Of a stretch of 64,000 nt of DNA, positions 50,701 through 64,000 are shown piece by piece. The notes below the pieces were generated by a model. It was given only the letters and a program-made list of their open reading frames with translations. It was not told the DNA's origin and did no database searches. Both the position numbers and the translations under genes were made by a program. Position 1 is the stretch's first letter. Each line of letters begins with the position of its first letter. Source of the stretch: the human T2T-CHM13v2.0 reference genome, Homo sapiens. The stretch lies in NCBI RefSeq assembly GCF_009914755.1, contig NC_060926.1; one strand, 5' to 3'.

Positions 50701-52400
50701 CTATGCTGTAAGCAGTCTCTAGTGGAAGCTCTCACGAAATTGTCAAGCTCCTACTGAGTTGATCCTTTCAGCAAACTGTGGGGAAAGAATGCTTTTCCCC
50801 AGTCACCACAGCAAAGTGTCAGATTTAGATCTGATGGGACTGAATTGGATCACATGACCATAGCTGAACAATTACTGAACTTGGGTGCAGACAGCATGCG
50901 TGACCATGCCTAGCTCACAGGCCCACTCCTGCACTGGGGGCAGCTACAGCTGCAGCACTTGGGCTCTCTGCTAAAAAGAGGGGTCTCCTGATGTAGAAAT
51001 TAAAATGCTTTCCCCAGAAGAAAGGACAAAAGCCTCAAAATTCTACTACGGAGTCACGTATGGTCACATTTTAAACAGTCATTATTTCCCAACTTCTTCA
51101 AATTCCATAATTGTACAAAAATACAGTTTTAATTGAAAGGCGGATCTGATTGAAACATGAGTTTGAATTAAACTAAATTTTAAAATATTTTTCAACAGCT
51201 ACTGTATGTTTGACAACTCCTCACAACATTTGCCTTCTAAAAGCTTATAATCCAGAGTGACTATTATTTTAATAATTATGATGCAAATACAATTTGTCAA
51301 GTACCATAAGAAGATACAGAGAATGCTCTATTAGAGTTCAGAAATTCATCCAGCATTTTTGCATTCCTGTTATTTGCCGAGCCATAAACTAGAGAATTTT
51401 GTAAGTGTTGTATCATCTGATCACATACTTTCAGGGAGTTCTGGACAGTTTTGGAGGAAAGTTTTGTGGTAGTTTTCAGGGAAATCTAGCACTGGGAAGA
51501 TGAGAAACATTGCAAGGGACAGGAAGGAAATATGTCAAGGCACAAAAACACGGCGTGTCAGAGAATTCCAAAGTAGTGTGAATTCTCCAGTTTTGTTAGA
51601 CAGAAGTATAGTAATAAGAGGTAGGCCAGAAAGATAGTGTGAGATCATAAATAGAGTAGACCTGGATATAAGTAACAGCAGGGTTTTTGAGCAGGGGAGA
51701 TACGTAATTGGATGTCCACACTTTTACATCTTGATGGGTTGTCTGTCTAGGGTCAGGATGTATTTGTTTCTTCCATTTATCTCACTGTGAAGTGACATTT
51801 TCTTTGCAGAAGAGTTTGAAGTCAGTGGAGATATTTCTGTAAGGACAGGCACTGACTTACCTGTTCAGGTGCCTGAGGTTCTTATTCAAGTTATGGTTAT
51901 AACAATCTTTTTTTTCATTTGATGAAGGCCTTTTGTTTGTTTTGTTTGCTTTTAATTTAAGAATAGATGATATAGTGAGATGGTTCAAAATCAATATAAA
52001 ACCAAAACACAATGTTTTTAGATAAGCTATTTCTTATATTTTTATTTCTATCTATCCCATTTATCCCCATCTTAATCCAACGTAACCACTTTTCATGTTT
52101 AATATATATATTTATACTTCACAGTTTATGTAAAAACCATATATATATGCACATCTATGTGTGTATGTATATAACATAACTGCACGCACCTCTCCACTTT
52201 GCTTTTTTTCTTTTAGAAATATAGATTAGAGATATTTTATAACAAAACTAAGGAACTAATTCTCTTTTTTACAGCTGTATACTATTCCACTATATGGAAA
52301 TATCATACTTAATTTAACCAGCCTCCTGTAAAAAGAGTGATGGATGTTTTCAAGTTTTTCTAATTCAATGAATGTCCATGTAATTGTTTCTATTTGAAAA

Positions 52401-52480
52401 TCTATCTATCTATCTATCTATCTATCTACCTATCTATCTATCATCTATCTATCTATCATCTATCTACCTATCTATCTATC
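52401..52480. repeat. Complex (TCTA)n tetranucleotide STR
   Basis: TCTA runs interrupted by CCTA and TCA. Confidence 0.95.
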
Positions 52481-52903
52481 ACACATTTCCAGAAATAACA
52501 TTTATGAGACAAAGGATAAAATAATTTTGATAGTTGTTGCCAAACTATCCTTCATGTTATTTGTAACTTTTTGAACTTCCACCAGCACTTAATGAGAATG
52601 CTTGCAGAAGCTTCATTGCTTTTTCAAGGGATTGTGTTGCCAAGCTTTGCAGGTTTTGCCAGTCTCTAACAACTGCATCTCAACACAGTTTTATTGATAT
52701 TTCTGCTATTATGGTTAAAATTGATCTTCTTTTTAAAAGATTAAAGGTCGATTTGCTTTCCTTGTAAGAAAATGTATTCTTTCTCAGCTGTATAACTAAA
52801 GACCAAAACATTAGTGACTTTAGTGACACTCAAGCCTTGGTGTGAGATGTCAAAGGAAGCAAAGAACTAGAGATAGCATATATGAAATGCTGTATTCCTT
52901 TTC

Positions 52904-53200
52904 TTTTTTTTTTTTTTTTGAGACGGAGTCTCACTCTGTCACCCAAGCTGGAGTGCAGTGGTGCAATCTCGGCTCACTGCAAGCTCGGCCTCCCGGGTTC
53001 ATGCCAGTCTCCTGCCTCAGCCTCCTGAGTAGCTGGGACTACAGGTGCCTGCCACCAAGCCCAGCTAATTTTTTTTGTATTTTTAGTAGAGTCGGGGTTT
53101 CACGGTGTTAGCCAGGATGGTGTCGATCTCCTGACCTCGTGATCTGCCCACCTTGACCTCCCAAAGTGCTGGGATTACAGGCGTGAGAGCGCGCCCAGCC
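52904..53200 (-). mobile_element. AluY SINE
   Basis: GCAAGCTC, GTGTTAGCCAGGATGG, GACCTCGTGATC diagnostics; ~20-bp TSD AAATGCTGTATTCCTTTTCT. Confidence 0.92.
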
Positions 53201-53844
53201 TAAATGCTGTATTCCTTTTCTAAAGCTTGAAATAGACAGTAGCTTAAAAGGGGGATAAAATATGAATGTTCAAGTGAAGGAGGAGAAAAGGAATGAAAAT
53301 AAAGGAACCCAACAAGGTCTCAGAGGAGACTAAGACAGATGGGTATAATCACTGGCTCAAGTAGATGAATTAACCTTAAACAGAAGAGAGAGCACTTTAA
53401 TGAGCGTGAATGCAGATGAATTGGATATAAGTAAGATTCAGTGAGGAGAGGAATTTGAGGGAATACATGCTTCATAGTTTCTATCTTTGCCTAAATGGTG
53501 GGAAAGTTCATCTGATGAAAGCATTTTCTGCATGTCAAAAACTAGACAGAATATCTTATTTTAAAACTTATCCTTGTCAGTAACACACAATACAATTGTG
53601 GATTTTGCAACTTATTTTTTATCTTTTGCTGGTTATTAGTCCAATTCCATTCAACTCCATAAATAATTTTGAACTCTAAGTATACTATGTTGTCCTAAGG
53701 ATTGCTGGAGATACAAAGAAATAGATATGCTACTTAGCCAATGAAAACTGTTTAGTAGGTAAGAGGTACACAAAGATAAGTATCTAAATATCAATTATAC
53801 ATATAAGTCCAGTGCCATAGAAATATTATAGAATATACCATTGA

Positions 53845-54480
53845 CAGAATCCCAAAGGTCTTCATTTTGCCAAATCTAATAGCCATTTATGTATCTTTAT
53901 ATTATTCACTGTCTGAGCTGCATTTGATGCTATCGAACCCTCCTTCCCTCTTGAAACTCTCTTTTCATTTGACTTCTGGGATACTTTTTTCTTCCAGTTT
54001 TCCTCCAAACTACCTGAATGCTCTTTCTGTATCCTTTGCTAACACTTTCTCATCATCTAGCTCTCTAAATGTTGGAATGTCCTGAGATCAGTCTTTGGAT
54101 TTCTACTTGTCTTCTAGGTTTATTCCTTTGCGGTTTTATTTAGTTTCATGACCTTAAATGTTATCTATATACTAATTATATTTCAAGACCAAATCTTTTC
54201 TCTTAGCAGTAAAACTATAAATCCAATTGCCCATTCATCATCTCCACTTGAGTGTCTCATAGAGACATCAAAGTGAGTATACAGTACTCAAAGCAAATCT
54301 CCTAATTACTGCCCACCTGTCCCCCAACCCAGCCTGCTTCTTTCCTTTTTGCCTCCACCTTAGTTAATGACACCATATTAATCTCTCTTTTCAGGACAAG
54401 AGTCTAAGAATTATCCTTGATTCTACTCTTTCCCTACTACTTCCTACCCAAAGTTTCATCTAGTTTATCAGCAATAAGTA
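53845..54480 (+). mobile_element. L2 LINE relic
   Basis: CTGCATTTGA...CCTCTTGAAACTCT...TCTCTAAATGTTGGAATGTCC...ATCTCCACTTGAGTGTCT. Confidence 0.65.
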
Positions 54481-56964
54481 GAGCCTGTAAAATATAAACT
54501 TACTTTTCATTATACTCTTCACGTGACTTTTCTCAATAATGGCCCTTAAGGTGTTATATCTTTTTTTTTTCAGTCTAATACTTCTTTTATTTTTTATTTT
54601 TTTGGTTGTCAATACAATGACTTTTCTAAAAAAATCTTGCCAAGTGAATACAGCACAACATGACACTTGGATGATCATCAAACTTTAGATAAAACACACA
54701 CACCAATTTACTCTCTGCTTTCAAGTTAGAATAACAAGAAGCATATGAAACAATGTTGATTTGTACATGTTTGAATTAATTCAAGAAGGTTGAAGAGGTG
54801 GCAATGTTTACAACCTTTTAGTCAGACTTTTTGTTGGGCCCCCGGCTCCAGGTGACTCCTGTGCTGTAATTTGTTATTAAGTATACTTTGAGGGCATGAA
54901 AACCGTTAAGTCTCCCAATCCTTAAAAATATTACTGAAGAAAAAGATATGGAAAGAGAAAATGTAATAAATAAAAACTCCTTTTATATTACATTTTGTTT
55001 ACAATTTGTCTTCTTTCAAATTGTTGCTATTATGTACTTGAATCCTTTTTTGAGGTTCTATTGATATACTTTTATACTTATAAGTGATGATTGGAAATCT
55101 TAGGCTCTTATTGAATAACTTTGTATTTCACGGGAATGAATTAGATATTAAGCAAGAGGTATAGGTACATCAGAATATCTTGAATTCAATCACTTCTTTC
55201 CACTTCCACTGCTGTTATTGCAGAATTCTCCTGACTCTCCTCCCTGCTTCTATCTTCCCCACAATAGTCATTGTCCAAGGAGTAGACAGAGTGGCCATTT
55301 TAAGAGTTCAACCATGCAAACTCTTTTAATATAATATTCCAAATGACTATTATACTTCAAATTAGATTCAATCTCCTTTCATGATTTGCAAGGACCTCGT
55401 TATCTCATTACTCTGCTTTTGTTTTCCTTCATATTAGTTTGGCTATGGAATTTATTATTTATTTTTCAGTGTTTAGTGGCTATTTTCACCTTAGAATGTG
55501 TGGTCCATGGGAGTATTGACCTCGCCTGTCTTTTTACTGCTAAATACCTAGAACCTAGAACAAATGGTAGGTGTATGATAATATCAATAAATATTTGTTT
55601 AGTGAAAGGATAAATGCCATAAAGATTGACTTTGGGCTGTAGAATCAAGGAAGACAATCTGGAGATGTGTGAATTTTCCTGGTCTAAAATATAGGGTAAT
55701 TTAGGAGAAGAGAAGCTAGAAATATATTTCAAATAAAAGACACTATATGTACTATATATATGGTACAGTTTTAGTAAGTTGGCAGTGATGAAAGGTTGGG
55801 TTTGAATTCTGTATCCATTATATGCTTCTGAAAAATGGAACAAATAACCCACCAGCTGAAAACATATTGCCATAAACTGATGAGAAAGAGCAACTACCTC
55901 TAAGTATTTAAATTTTAAGCAATTTTACTAAAACCATGGTATTAAAATTGACTAATTTTATGTTCACTTTAAATCCATTTCCTAAAAGAGTCAAAACAGA
56001 ACATCTCTTTAAAAGAGCTATGGAAGGTAGAATGCTCAGGAAATTGGATGCTGAGTCAAGGGAAACTTCCGTTTCTGTTCATTTATCTTTCTGCTTTAGT
56101 TAATTTCATGTTAGAATTTTAAAGACTAGAAACTGAGCAATGGAACCCAAATTCAGCTCTCTGCTAAATGCACTGGGGAAATCAAGTAATCTGAGCTTCT
56201 GTATAATATCACCTATTCATACTTTGATGGTTCTCCTAAAGTAGAACATTAAAGGAAAAAATGTATGGTGATTACCTCAGTGGTGTCTCAAGCACTGTGG
56301 TAAGTACTATAGTTGTTACCAAAACTAGACAATATTAACTTATTCTCAAGATGTTTACAGTTGCTTGAGAAATTCATCAATATAAATTATTAGAGTGAGA
56401 TTCTTAATAATTATCATCATAGCTATGACTTACTCTGTGTAGATTATGGGACAAGAATTTTGCATGCATAATTGCATTTGGTATCCACAAAAATCATGTA
56501 AAGGAATTTGTATCCCCATTTTAAAGATAAGGAAGCTAAGGTTAAGAGATTAAATATGCAAATTTACAAAGCTTCTCGGTAGGCTGGGTCATGAGTTGTA
56601 CATAGATCTGGGTAATGCAAAGTCCATGTTATTTTCAGTATGCCATGCGATAATTTTGAAGCCTGTTAAGTGTTAGCAGTTAAGCAATGCTGAACTTTAT
56701 TCATGAGGCCCTAGAGTCTAAAAGGCTCTAAAAGAATCCTACTTTGTTTGATGTCTAAAGCAATGCCATCTGTAGGAAACCTGTTGTTTCTTCTCTGCAA
56801 ATATTGCCTATGCAGAAGTGTTGTAAAACTTGTGAGGAAGAAAACGTTCTTTTGCCTTGGTTTTTGCCATACTGCAGGTGTCTTTCCTCTTTCTCTTTTT
56901 CTGGTCTCCTCTGGATTCTATGTCTCCCCCTGGCTCTTAATTCTCAAAAATTCCTTCTTAGATC

Positions 56965-57268
56965 CACCTATCCAATACGGTAGCAACTAGCACAAGTGAC
57001 TATTGAGCACTTGAAGAAGGGCTAGTATGAATTAAGTGTAAAATAAACACCAGATTTTGAAGACATAGTACAAATAACGAAAATGTAAAATAATTAATAT
57101 TTTGGCATTTAATCATGCTCCATTGATTATATTTCGAAGTATTGGGTTAAATAAAATTATTAAAATTAATTTCACTTATCTCATTTAACTTTTCCAATGT
57201 GGCTACAGGAAATTTTTAAACTACATGTGTGTGGCTCATATTATATTTCTAATGGATGCCACGGCTCT
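56965..57268. mobile_element. MER33-like hAT-Charlie element
   Basis: TCCAATACGGTAGC...CTATTGAGCACTTGAA...AATGTGGCTAC...GTGGCTCATATTATATTTCTA. Confidence 0.7.
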
Positions 57269-58059
57269 AAACCATCTTCTTTTTGGTCTCTCTTTTGACG
57301 TTCTTATAATTTCAATTTCATTCCTCAAATACGGTCCTTAAATTTCTATCTTTAGCCTTGGTGTCTCTGTCAAAATTGTTCCTTATTTCTAATTGTCACT
57401 TGATACTTCCTCTATGATATCCCATCAGCAGGTTAAACTGATTATGTCCCACATTAAATCCATGGCCTCTCCCAAGGGTTATTTTTGCCTTCCTTCCAAT
57501 TTCGATTACATCTCTACTCCTGAAGTCATATTATTAAGGGACATGATATCATCCATATCATGTATTCCATACCACTTATTCCATACATCCAATCAATTGC
57601 CATACTCAAGCAGCATTTATTCCTTTCTTTCCGTTTGCACGTATCATCATGGTCACTATTGGTCATCTATTGAGTCTTGTCTAGATTATGGCAAAAGAGT
57701 CTCAGGCTTTTATATTGCTATTTCTCTTGCCTCTTTATTTTGCTTCTTATAAATGTATTTTAAGGCTTTAGGGTGATAGTTGGGTTTGAGTTAACTAATG
57801 CAAGTAATAATGTCTATCATCTATTTATATTCTATTTAGAATTTTAAAAGTCGTTTTGCATATGTTATTTTACTTGGTAATTCTAGAAAGCCAGTGACAA
57901 AGTGGGAGCTTTTAGTAGACTTCGTAGAAAAAGGCAGTGAAGCATGGAGAAATTGAATTGCGGGAGGACACAGAAGGGCTAGGACACATTTCAGGTATAA
58001 CCATTAAAACATACTTTTTCTCAAATTTTAGTACGGAACTTTTTTCTTTCTTACAGAGA

Positions 58060-58290
58060 TAGTAGTGGTATTAAAAGCACAAGCTGGGAAGTCAGAAAAA
58101 ATAAAACTCAACTCTGGGCCCTACCACTTGCTAGATCCTGTATGATATTTTGGGCAAGTTACTTAATCTTTCTGAGTCTGCATTGGCTCATCTGTAAAAT
58201 GGTGAGTTTCCTCCCAAGGAAAAAATATAAAATGATGTATGTAAAGATGTTTACCCTGCATGAGGCACATAGTAAATCACTTTAAAAAGG
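58060..58290 (+). mobile_element. MIR SINE
   Basis: TGGGCAAGTTACTTAATCTTTCTGAGTCT...CTCATCTGTAAAATGG. Confidence 0.75.
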
Positions 58291-61200
58291 TTAAACGCGG
58301 TGGTAAGAGTAGCAGTAGTAATTGTTTTATCAGGTCTTGAATCAAAGAGTGACTTTTTTTTCTTCACTATGATGTAAAAATCATGCTATGATAATTTTGG
58401 TTTATTTCAATTCTAAGTATTATGATAAAATTATGAAACTCATCAAAAGCAATTTCTTGCTATTAGTTTCATTTTCTCAATACAGCTGTGTGGGGGAGTA
58501 TAGTATAGCTGTGTGGGCAAAGGGAAGAAGAGATAACTCTTTTCTTGTTTGTTTACCAATTTTTAGTTGATATGGTAGTTTTCCTTCAAGCAGCTCAAGA
58601 TGTACCCTCACCAAAAATACCCTTTAATTATGAAGAATTAATATTTATCACATAAAACAATTCAAAAACAGGTAGGCAGCCACTGACTCTTATGCCTGAA
58701 ATTAAAATGAAGCAAAGAAAAACAGCAAACACGAGGAGAGAAAAGAAAGTAGAATTCTCTTCATGCACTTTTATTTTAAATCTAAATTTTTGCATGGAGT
58801 GGTAAGGTAGTAAGGTAGATAGTCCACAAGACAGATCTACTAGGGTCCTAGAAAAATAATTCTGAGAAGGGAACATATAAAAGGAAACTAGGAAGTCCTG
58901 AGAGTATAGATTGCTAACCCAGTAAAGAAGTCTTTTGTCTTTTTTTTTCTTCCTTTCTTTTGTTTAATTTTCCTTTGAGGAAACCAACTCAGGATTCTAT
59001 ATATGTAGGTTGAATGAATATCCCAACTCAGTCCTAATTTTGAAAGCAATTGGTGTTAGCGCATCCACTTAATGAGAACAAGGTGCAGCAGAGGGGAACC
59101 CACGTGCTGACAAAATGCTGGGAAGACAACCAGCTATGGTGCTGTCCACAGAAAGCTTGCTGTATCCTATGGCCAGCTGGCATTGAGCTTTAGGTTTGAA
59201 GTCTGGCATTAGCAAAGGGGATTAGCAAGTGGGCAGTAGGTTCAGGGTGGGAAACCAGCTTGACAAAAAACCTGGAGACCAGTCAGCATGGCAGATGTGT
59301 AGAGCATACACACCCTGGAGCAGGGATGGGGGAAGGTGAAATGCAGTGATCTGACTTCTCCTGACCATGATGAGCTGTATGGTGCATACATTTGGCAGCT
59401 TTAGATGTGGAGAGGTATGCAGGAAACACAGGAATCCAACAACACTTGGGATTTGGAGTCACAGTCATTCTAATCTTGGTGGCAAACTTGAACATGCTGG
59501 AAATGCTCATGGCCTGGGGGAGTTCAAGACAGGGGATTTCAGACAGTGCTGAATGAATATACCAATTTCAGTACTAATTCTGAAACCAGTTGGTATTAGG
59601 GCATTGAATTAATGAGAGCAAGGCATGGGACCAAGTGTCTATAATGTCCTAAGTACAATACAGAGCAACAACACTGACAAATACAGTGTCTGACTTTAAG
59701 GAGCCCACAGTCAATTTGGGCAGAAGAGACACACAGCTCAAATAGAGAACAGAAACCAATATAAGGCAGGATATAATTATCTGCCAAAATATAATAGAAA
59801 CAGTAGAGGAGGCAGAGAAAAGAGAGGGAGGAAAAGGGGAACTTGCTTAGCAAGAGCAAAGAGCACAGCACAATATCCTACTCGTTGTAACTAAGATCAT
59901 GTTGAGAAAATTGTAAGAATAAATGAAGTAATGTGAATGTCTGACGATCCTCTTTCTAAAGCAGTAGTACAAATGCAAATGCAAATGCAGTCTCCTGGTT
60001 CTGCTCTTCATTTGCGATCTTACCAGCTTAGATTTAAAAATAATGAAATACTGAAAATAATATTGACTTAATAGGCAGCACAATCACCATTCAACCCATA
60101 CATCAGAGGAGCAATCTTCCTAGGGGTGATTGACACTACGAGCCACAGTCGGGAATGCCTGCAGGCCAGTTGGGATATCTATACAAGATAAGTGGGTAGG
60201 AGAGGACCTGTAGACAAGAGAACGTCTATATGATGCCTTGTCTATAGGATGTAGAAGCTGTCCACCCGCAGCTGTCTCTTACCATACACACCTGGATCAG
60301 TTTGCCACATTTTATGAATTTTCAAGAGAAGACATATAGACATACTTTTCTGTTTTTTTTTAAAAGTAACAACCCTCATTTTTCAATTGGAAATTGATTC
60401 AAAACATTCCAAAACATTGTTCAGGCCCAACAACATATGTCTGTGGGTTGAATTTGGTTGGCAGTCTGCCGATTTTCCACCTCTTCTTGAATTTATAGCT
60501 GCTCCTAAAAAAGCAGGAGCAGAGGGTAATGATTAGAGAGAACTGGAGTCCTCCAAATAACTTCTGTATATGCAATAAATCCCAATAAATGTTTAGAGAC
60601 TGACTGGAGCATTAGATTATTCTGTGAAAAAAGCATCCATTTATGTATAGCTTCTTCATTTAGGTCCTTGTTGTGTCTGTCTAGCTTGCATGACTGGGCT
60701 CATTTTCCTAAATTGAAAGAACAAACTTTCTTCTGCTGCCAACCCTCCCCAAAGCATTTTTTTAAAAAAAATCATTAAAAGATGTCTCTAAAAGTTTAAC
60801 TTGACTAAGTCATAACAAATACATTTGTCTTTGCATCAACTGTTATTTTTGAATCGCATGATGTAGGTAGGGTATGGATCAGAATGTGTGGAAGTACTGT
60901 TGTAAGGGAGATGAAAGAGAGGTTTGCATACCTTGTGTTGTGATAGTAACAGTGGCAACCATTTAAATACACATACATGTGTGCATGCTCACACACACAC
61001 AAAAACACACACAAGAACCCCACCAGTAAGTGCACAAGATGGGGAAATGTAGCTGGGGCTTGGTTGCATAACCCATTTCATCACGTTTTCTCCTTTAATA
61101 GATTAGATTCTCTGTCTCAGACGTAGTTATAACAAAGGATATAAGTAAATAAAACAAGACAGAGAAGAAAAATGTTCAATGATTTTTAAATTAAATGGAT

Positions 61201-62028
61201 AATTCTCCCAACTATTTAATACTCTAAATATTTATGCATTTTTTACTTTAATGTGTCCAAGCAAAAATCCTATATTTCACTTTGTGAAGCACCTAAATTT
61301 AGACAGAAATTTGGCTACACTAATTCAAATTACAGTAGCACTCAATTAACTGGAACCTATTAGTTATATCACATATGTAACCATCTCCTCCTCTGCCTCT
61401 CACCTTGAGGGGAGAAGCCTGGGAACTATACTTTGAGGAAGAAAAAGCAAACTAAACTTGTTTAAGTGGAGTATCTAGTCCCCCAGATAGCTCCTATATT
61501 AAGATTCCTGAAAAGGCAGTTGAATCACTTCAAGAGACTAAAGGCATCAAGAGAACCTTCAGTTATTCATCCTAGAAAGAAGAGGATACATTTTAAGGTG
61601 TACATATACAATATACAATTAACATAGTATATTGTATCTCTTATCTTCAAAGAAAAGGATTGAAAAACTCAGTAAAAAATTTCAGTTTAAGTAATGTGAA
61701 CTGGCAAATATTTTTTCACTATTTTGATCATCTGGGCTTCTTGAAAGGAAGCCTGAGGATACATAATTTTGTGGATTTTTTTTTCTCACACCAAACTTCC
61801 TTTGGTCTTTATCAAGGAGAGCTATTTTCTTTTTTTTTTTTTTTTTTGTCCCTCAGACAATTACTTGAACCACCTCAGGGCTAAATCATCCACCGCTGGA
61901 ACAAGAAATAGAAAACCATCAAGACACTGGGACCAACTTCACAGTAATAAGAGTACATGCTAAGCCATTCTATCCAGAACCTACTGCAAAAGCAATGGAA
62001 CTGAAATTGGATGGGCATTCCCATACAC

Positions 62029-62658
62029 TTTTTTTTTTTTAACTTTAAGTTCAGGGATATATGTGAAGATTTGTTACCTAGATAAACTTGTGTCATGGGG
62101 GTTTGTTGTACAGATTATTTAATCGCCCAGGTATTAAGCCTAGTACCCATTAGTTATTTTTCCTTATCCTCTCCCTCTTCCCACCCTCCAAACTCCAGTA
62201 GGCCCCAATATGTATTGTTCTCCTCTATGTGTCCATGACTTCTCATCATTTAGCTCCCACTTATAAGTGAGAACATGCAGTATTTGGTTTTCTGTTCCTG
62301 TGTTAGTTTGCTAAAGATAATGGCCTCCAGTTCCATCCATGAACCTGCAAAGGACATGATCTCATTCTTGTTATGACTGTATAGTATTCCATAGTGTATA
62401 TGTACCACATTTTCTTATCCAGTCTATTGTTGATGGGCATTTAGATTAACTCTATGTCTTTGATACTGTGAATAGTTGCCTCAATGAATATACACATGCA
62501 TAAAGGGATGATTTATATTCCTTTGGGTATATACCTAGTAATGGGATTGCTGGGTCAAATGGTATTTCTGTCCTTAGTTCTTTGAGAAATCTCCATACTG
62601 TCTTTTACAATGGTTAAACTAATTTGTACTCCCACCAACAGTGTACAAGCATTCCTTT
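62029..62658 (-). mobile_element. L1PA (older subfamily) 3' end
   Basis: Poly-T, TTGTTGTACAGATTATTT, CCCACTTATAAGTGAGAACATGCAGTATTTGG, GGGATTGCTGGGTCAAATGG. Confidence 0.88.
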
Positions 62659-64000
62659 TATGAACTATTTTTTAAGTGTTGAAATTGATGTTATTTTACT
62701 CACACTTACCAAGTTCATGATATAAATAAGCAAAGAAAAAGTAAAAAGCACTCTTGCACTCAAAGTTGTGTATAGACCCAGATTGCCTAGGAGCTCTTTG
62801 GGGATTTCTTTTATGCAAAAGAATTTATTTTCCAGCAATATTTATGACTGGATGTTGGTCTGGTTGACAAAGTACCATATTTTAATTAGTCTTAAGTAGA
62901 ATATTTACAGCATCATTTTCATGCACCTATGTGTCTATTTATCTATTTACTTACCTGCTTAGCTACCTACTCATTTATCTCTCACTATTTTCAACTATTG
63001 CCCATACCCCTACCCCTCACCAGCATATTCTAAAGTGAACTTTCATTCCCAGGAAAATTAATTAGAGCAGTAATATGAACAAAATGAAGATAGCAGCAAT
63101 GGGCTGTAAAATAAGAAGACACCATAGTAACAAGTAACTATTTCACAATAATGCGCGTATAAAATTAAAGAATAACTTACATAAACCTTTATAAAAATAA
63201 CTTTTTACAAAAGGGTGCAGCTGAATCCCTTAGGGGTTATGACCAAATATGCAATTTCTCAGCCTCTCCCTCATTCTCCTTAAATGGGAATATCTGTGGA
63301 AGGTTCAGCTAAGTCTGCATATTTAATAAGCTCCACACATTGACCATTGAGAATTACTACTTTATAGCTCTCTTTCTCTTTACTACCAGAAGCATGTGCA
63401 CATCTGGAACTGGTTATTTCTGACCCTTACTCTCAGGTGAAACATTAACTTAATACAGACAATCTTTAATTCTAGTGGAATGGGGTTTTGTGGATTCAAC
63501 AATAAATTATAATGAGTGATCTCATCTTTTGGTCTGGGCTTGTGATGTACAAATCAAGTGCATTCCCACCTTATTTACAAGTCCCAGCACTTCAGTGGGT
63601 CACCTCTTCCTCACTGGACATTTGCTTTCTCCTTGACCGCAACTTCCTTTGCTGGTAACCTGGTCATTCATTGCCTCACTCTCTTGCTACCTTTCTATTG
63701 CCAATCTCCTTTGTGGATAATTGAGCTAGACCTGAACAAATAGCCGGAATTGAGAACTGTGCCACCTAGCAAAAAACCTCCTAGTTGATAACAATCTGCA
63801 AATCTGAACTTCTCAGTATTCCCCACCCTGTCAGATTATCAATGACTGTTTCTGCTCACTTGTTGTATAACTCTTCCTATTCAACTTGTATCCCCAGTTG
63901 CCAATATTTACCTAGATTGTGACCACAGATCTATGTAATTGCTTGACACTGTCAGCATCTTTCAAACTGAACCTTTCGTCACCACGTGTGGCTAGGAGAG

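Noticed and set aside
47762-64000. Coding exons of the downstream gene
   Set aside because: No recognisable coding exon found by eye; the region looks like repeat-rich intron, although small exons could be missed.

Overview
Primate (almost certainly human) non-coding nuclear DNA, rich in Alu, L1, L2, MIR, LTR and DNA-transposon relics. No intact nuclear CDS is visible. The dominant feature is an ancient nuclear mitochondrial insertion (NUMT, ~6935-19643). It is colinear with the reverse complement of the mitochondrial reference and runs from 5'-truncated COX2 through ATP8/6, COX3, ND3, ND4L, ND4, ND5, ND6, CYTB and the whole control region, across the origin into 12S and the 5' part of 16S, with 11 mt-tRNA relics. 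It was later invaded by an LTR12C solo LTR (in 16S) and an AluSp (in COX3). It keeps non-human, ancestral mitochondrial characters: COX2 ends ...WSTSML*, the COX2/tRNA-Lys spacer is 3 nt, and the D-loop has a tandem repeat between CSB1 and CSB2. Its ends are bracketed by a 24-bp inverted repeat. At ~47.3-47.8 kb there is a PU.1/RUNX/ETS promoter and a non-coding exon that I recognise from memory as the first exon of ARHGAP15 (chr2q22). That exon also carries a good 3' splice site, so it could accept upstream transcripts. The rest is probably intron 1. Repeat subfamily calls and boundaries were made by eye and are approximate.
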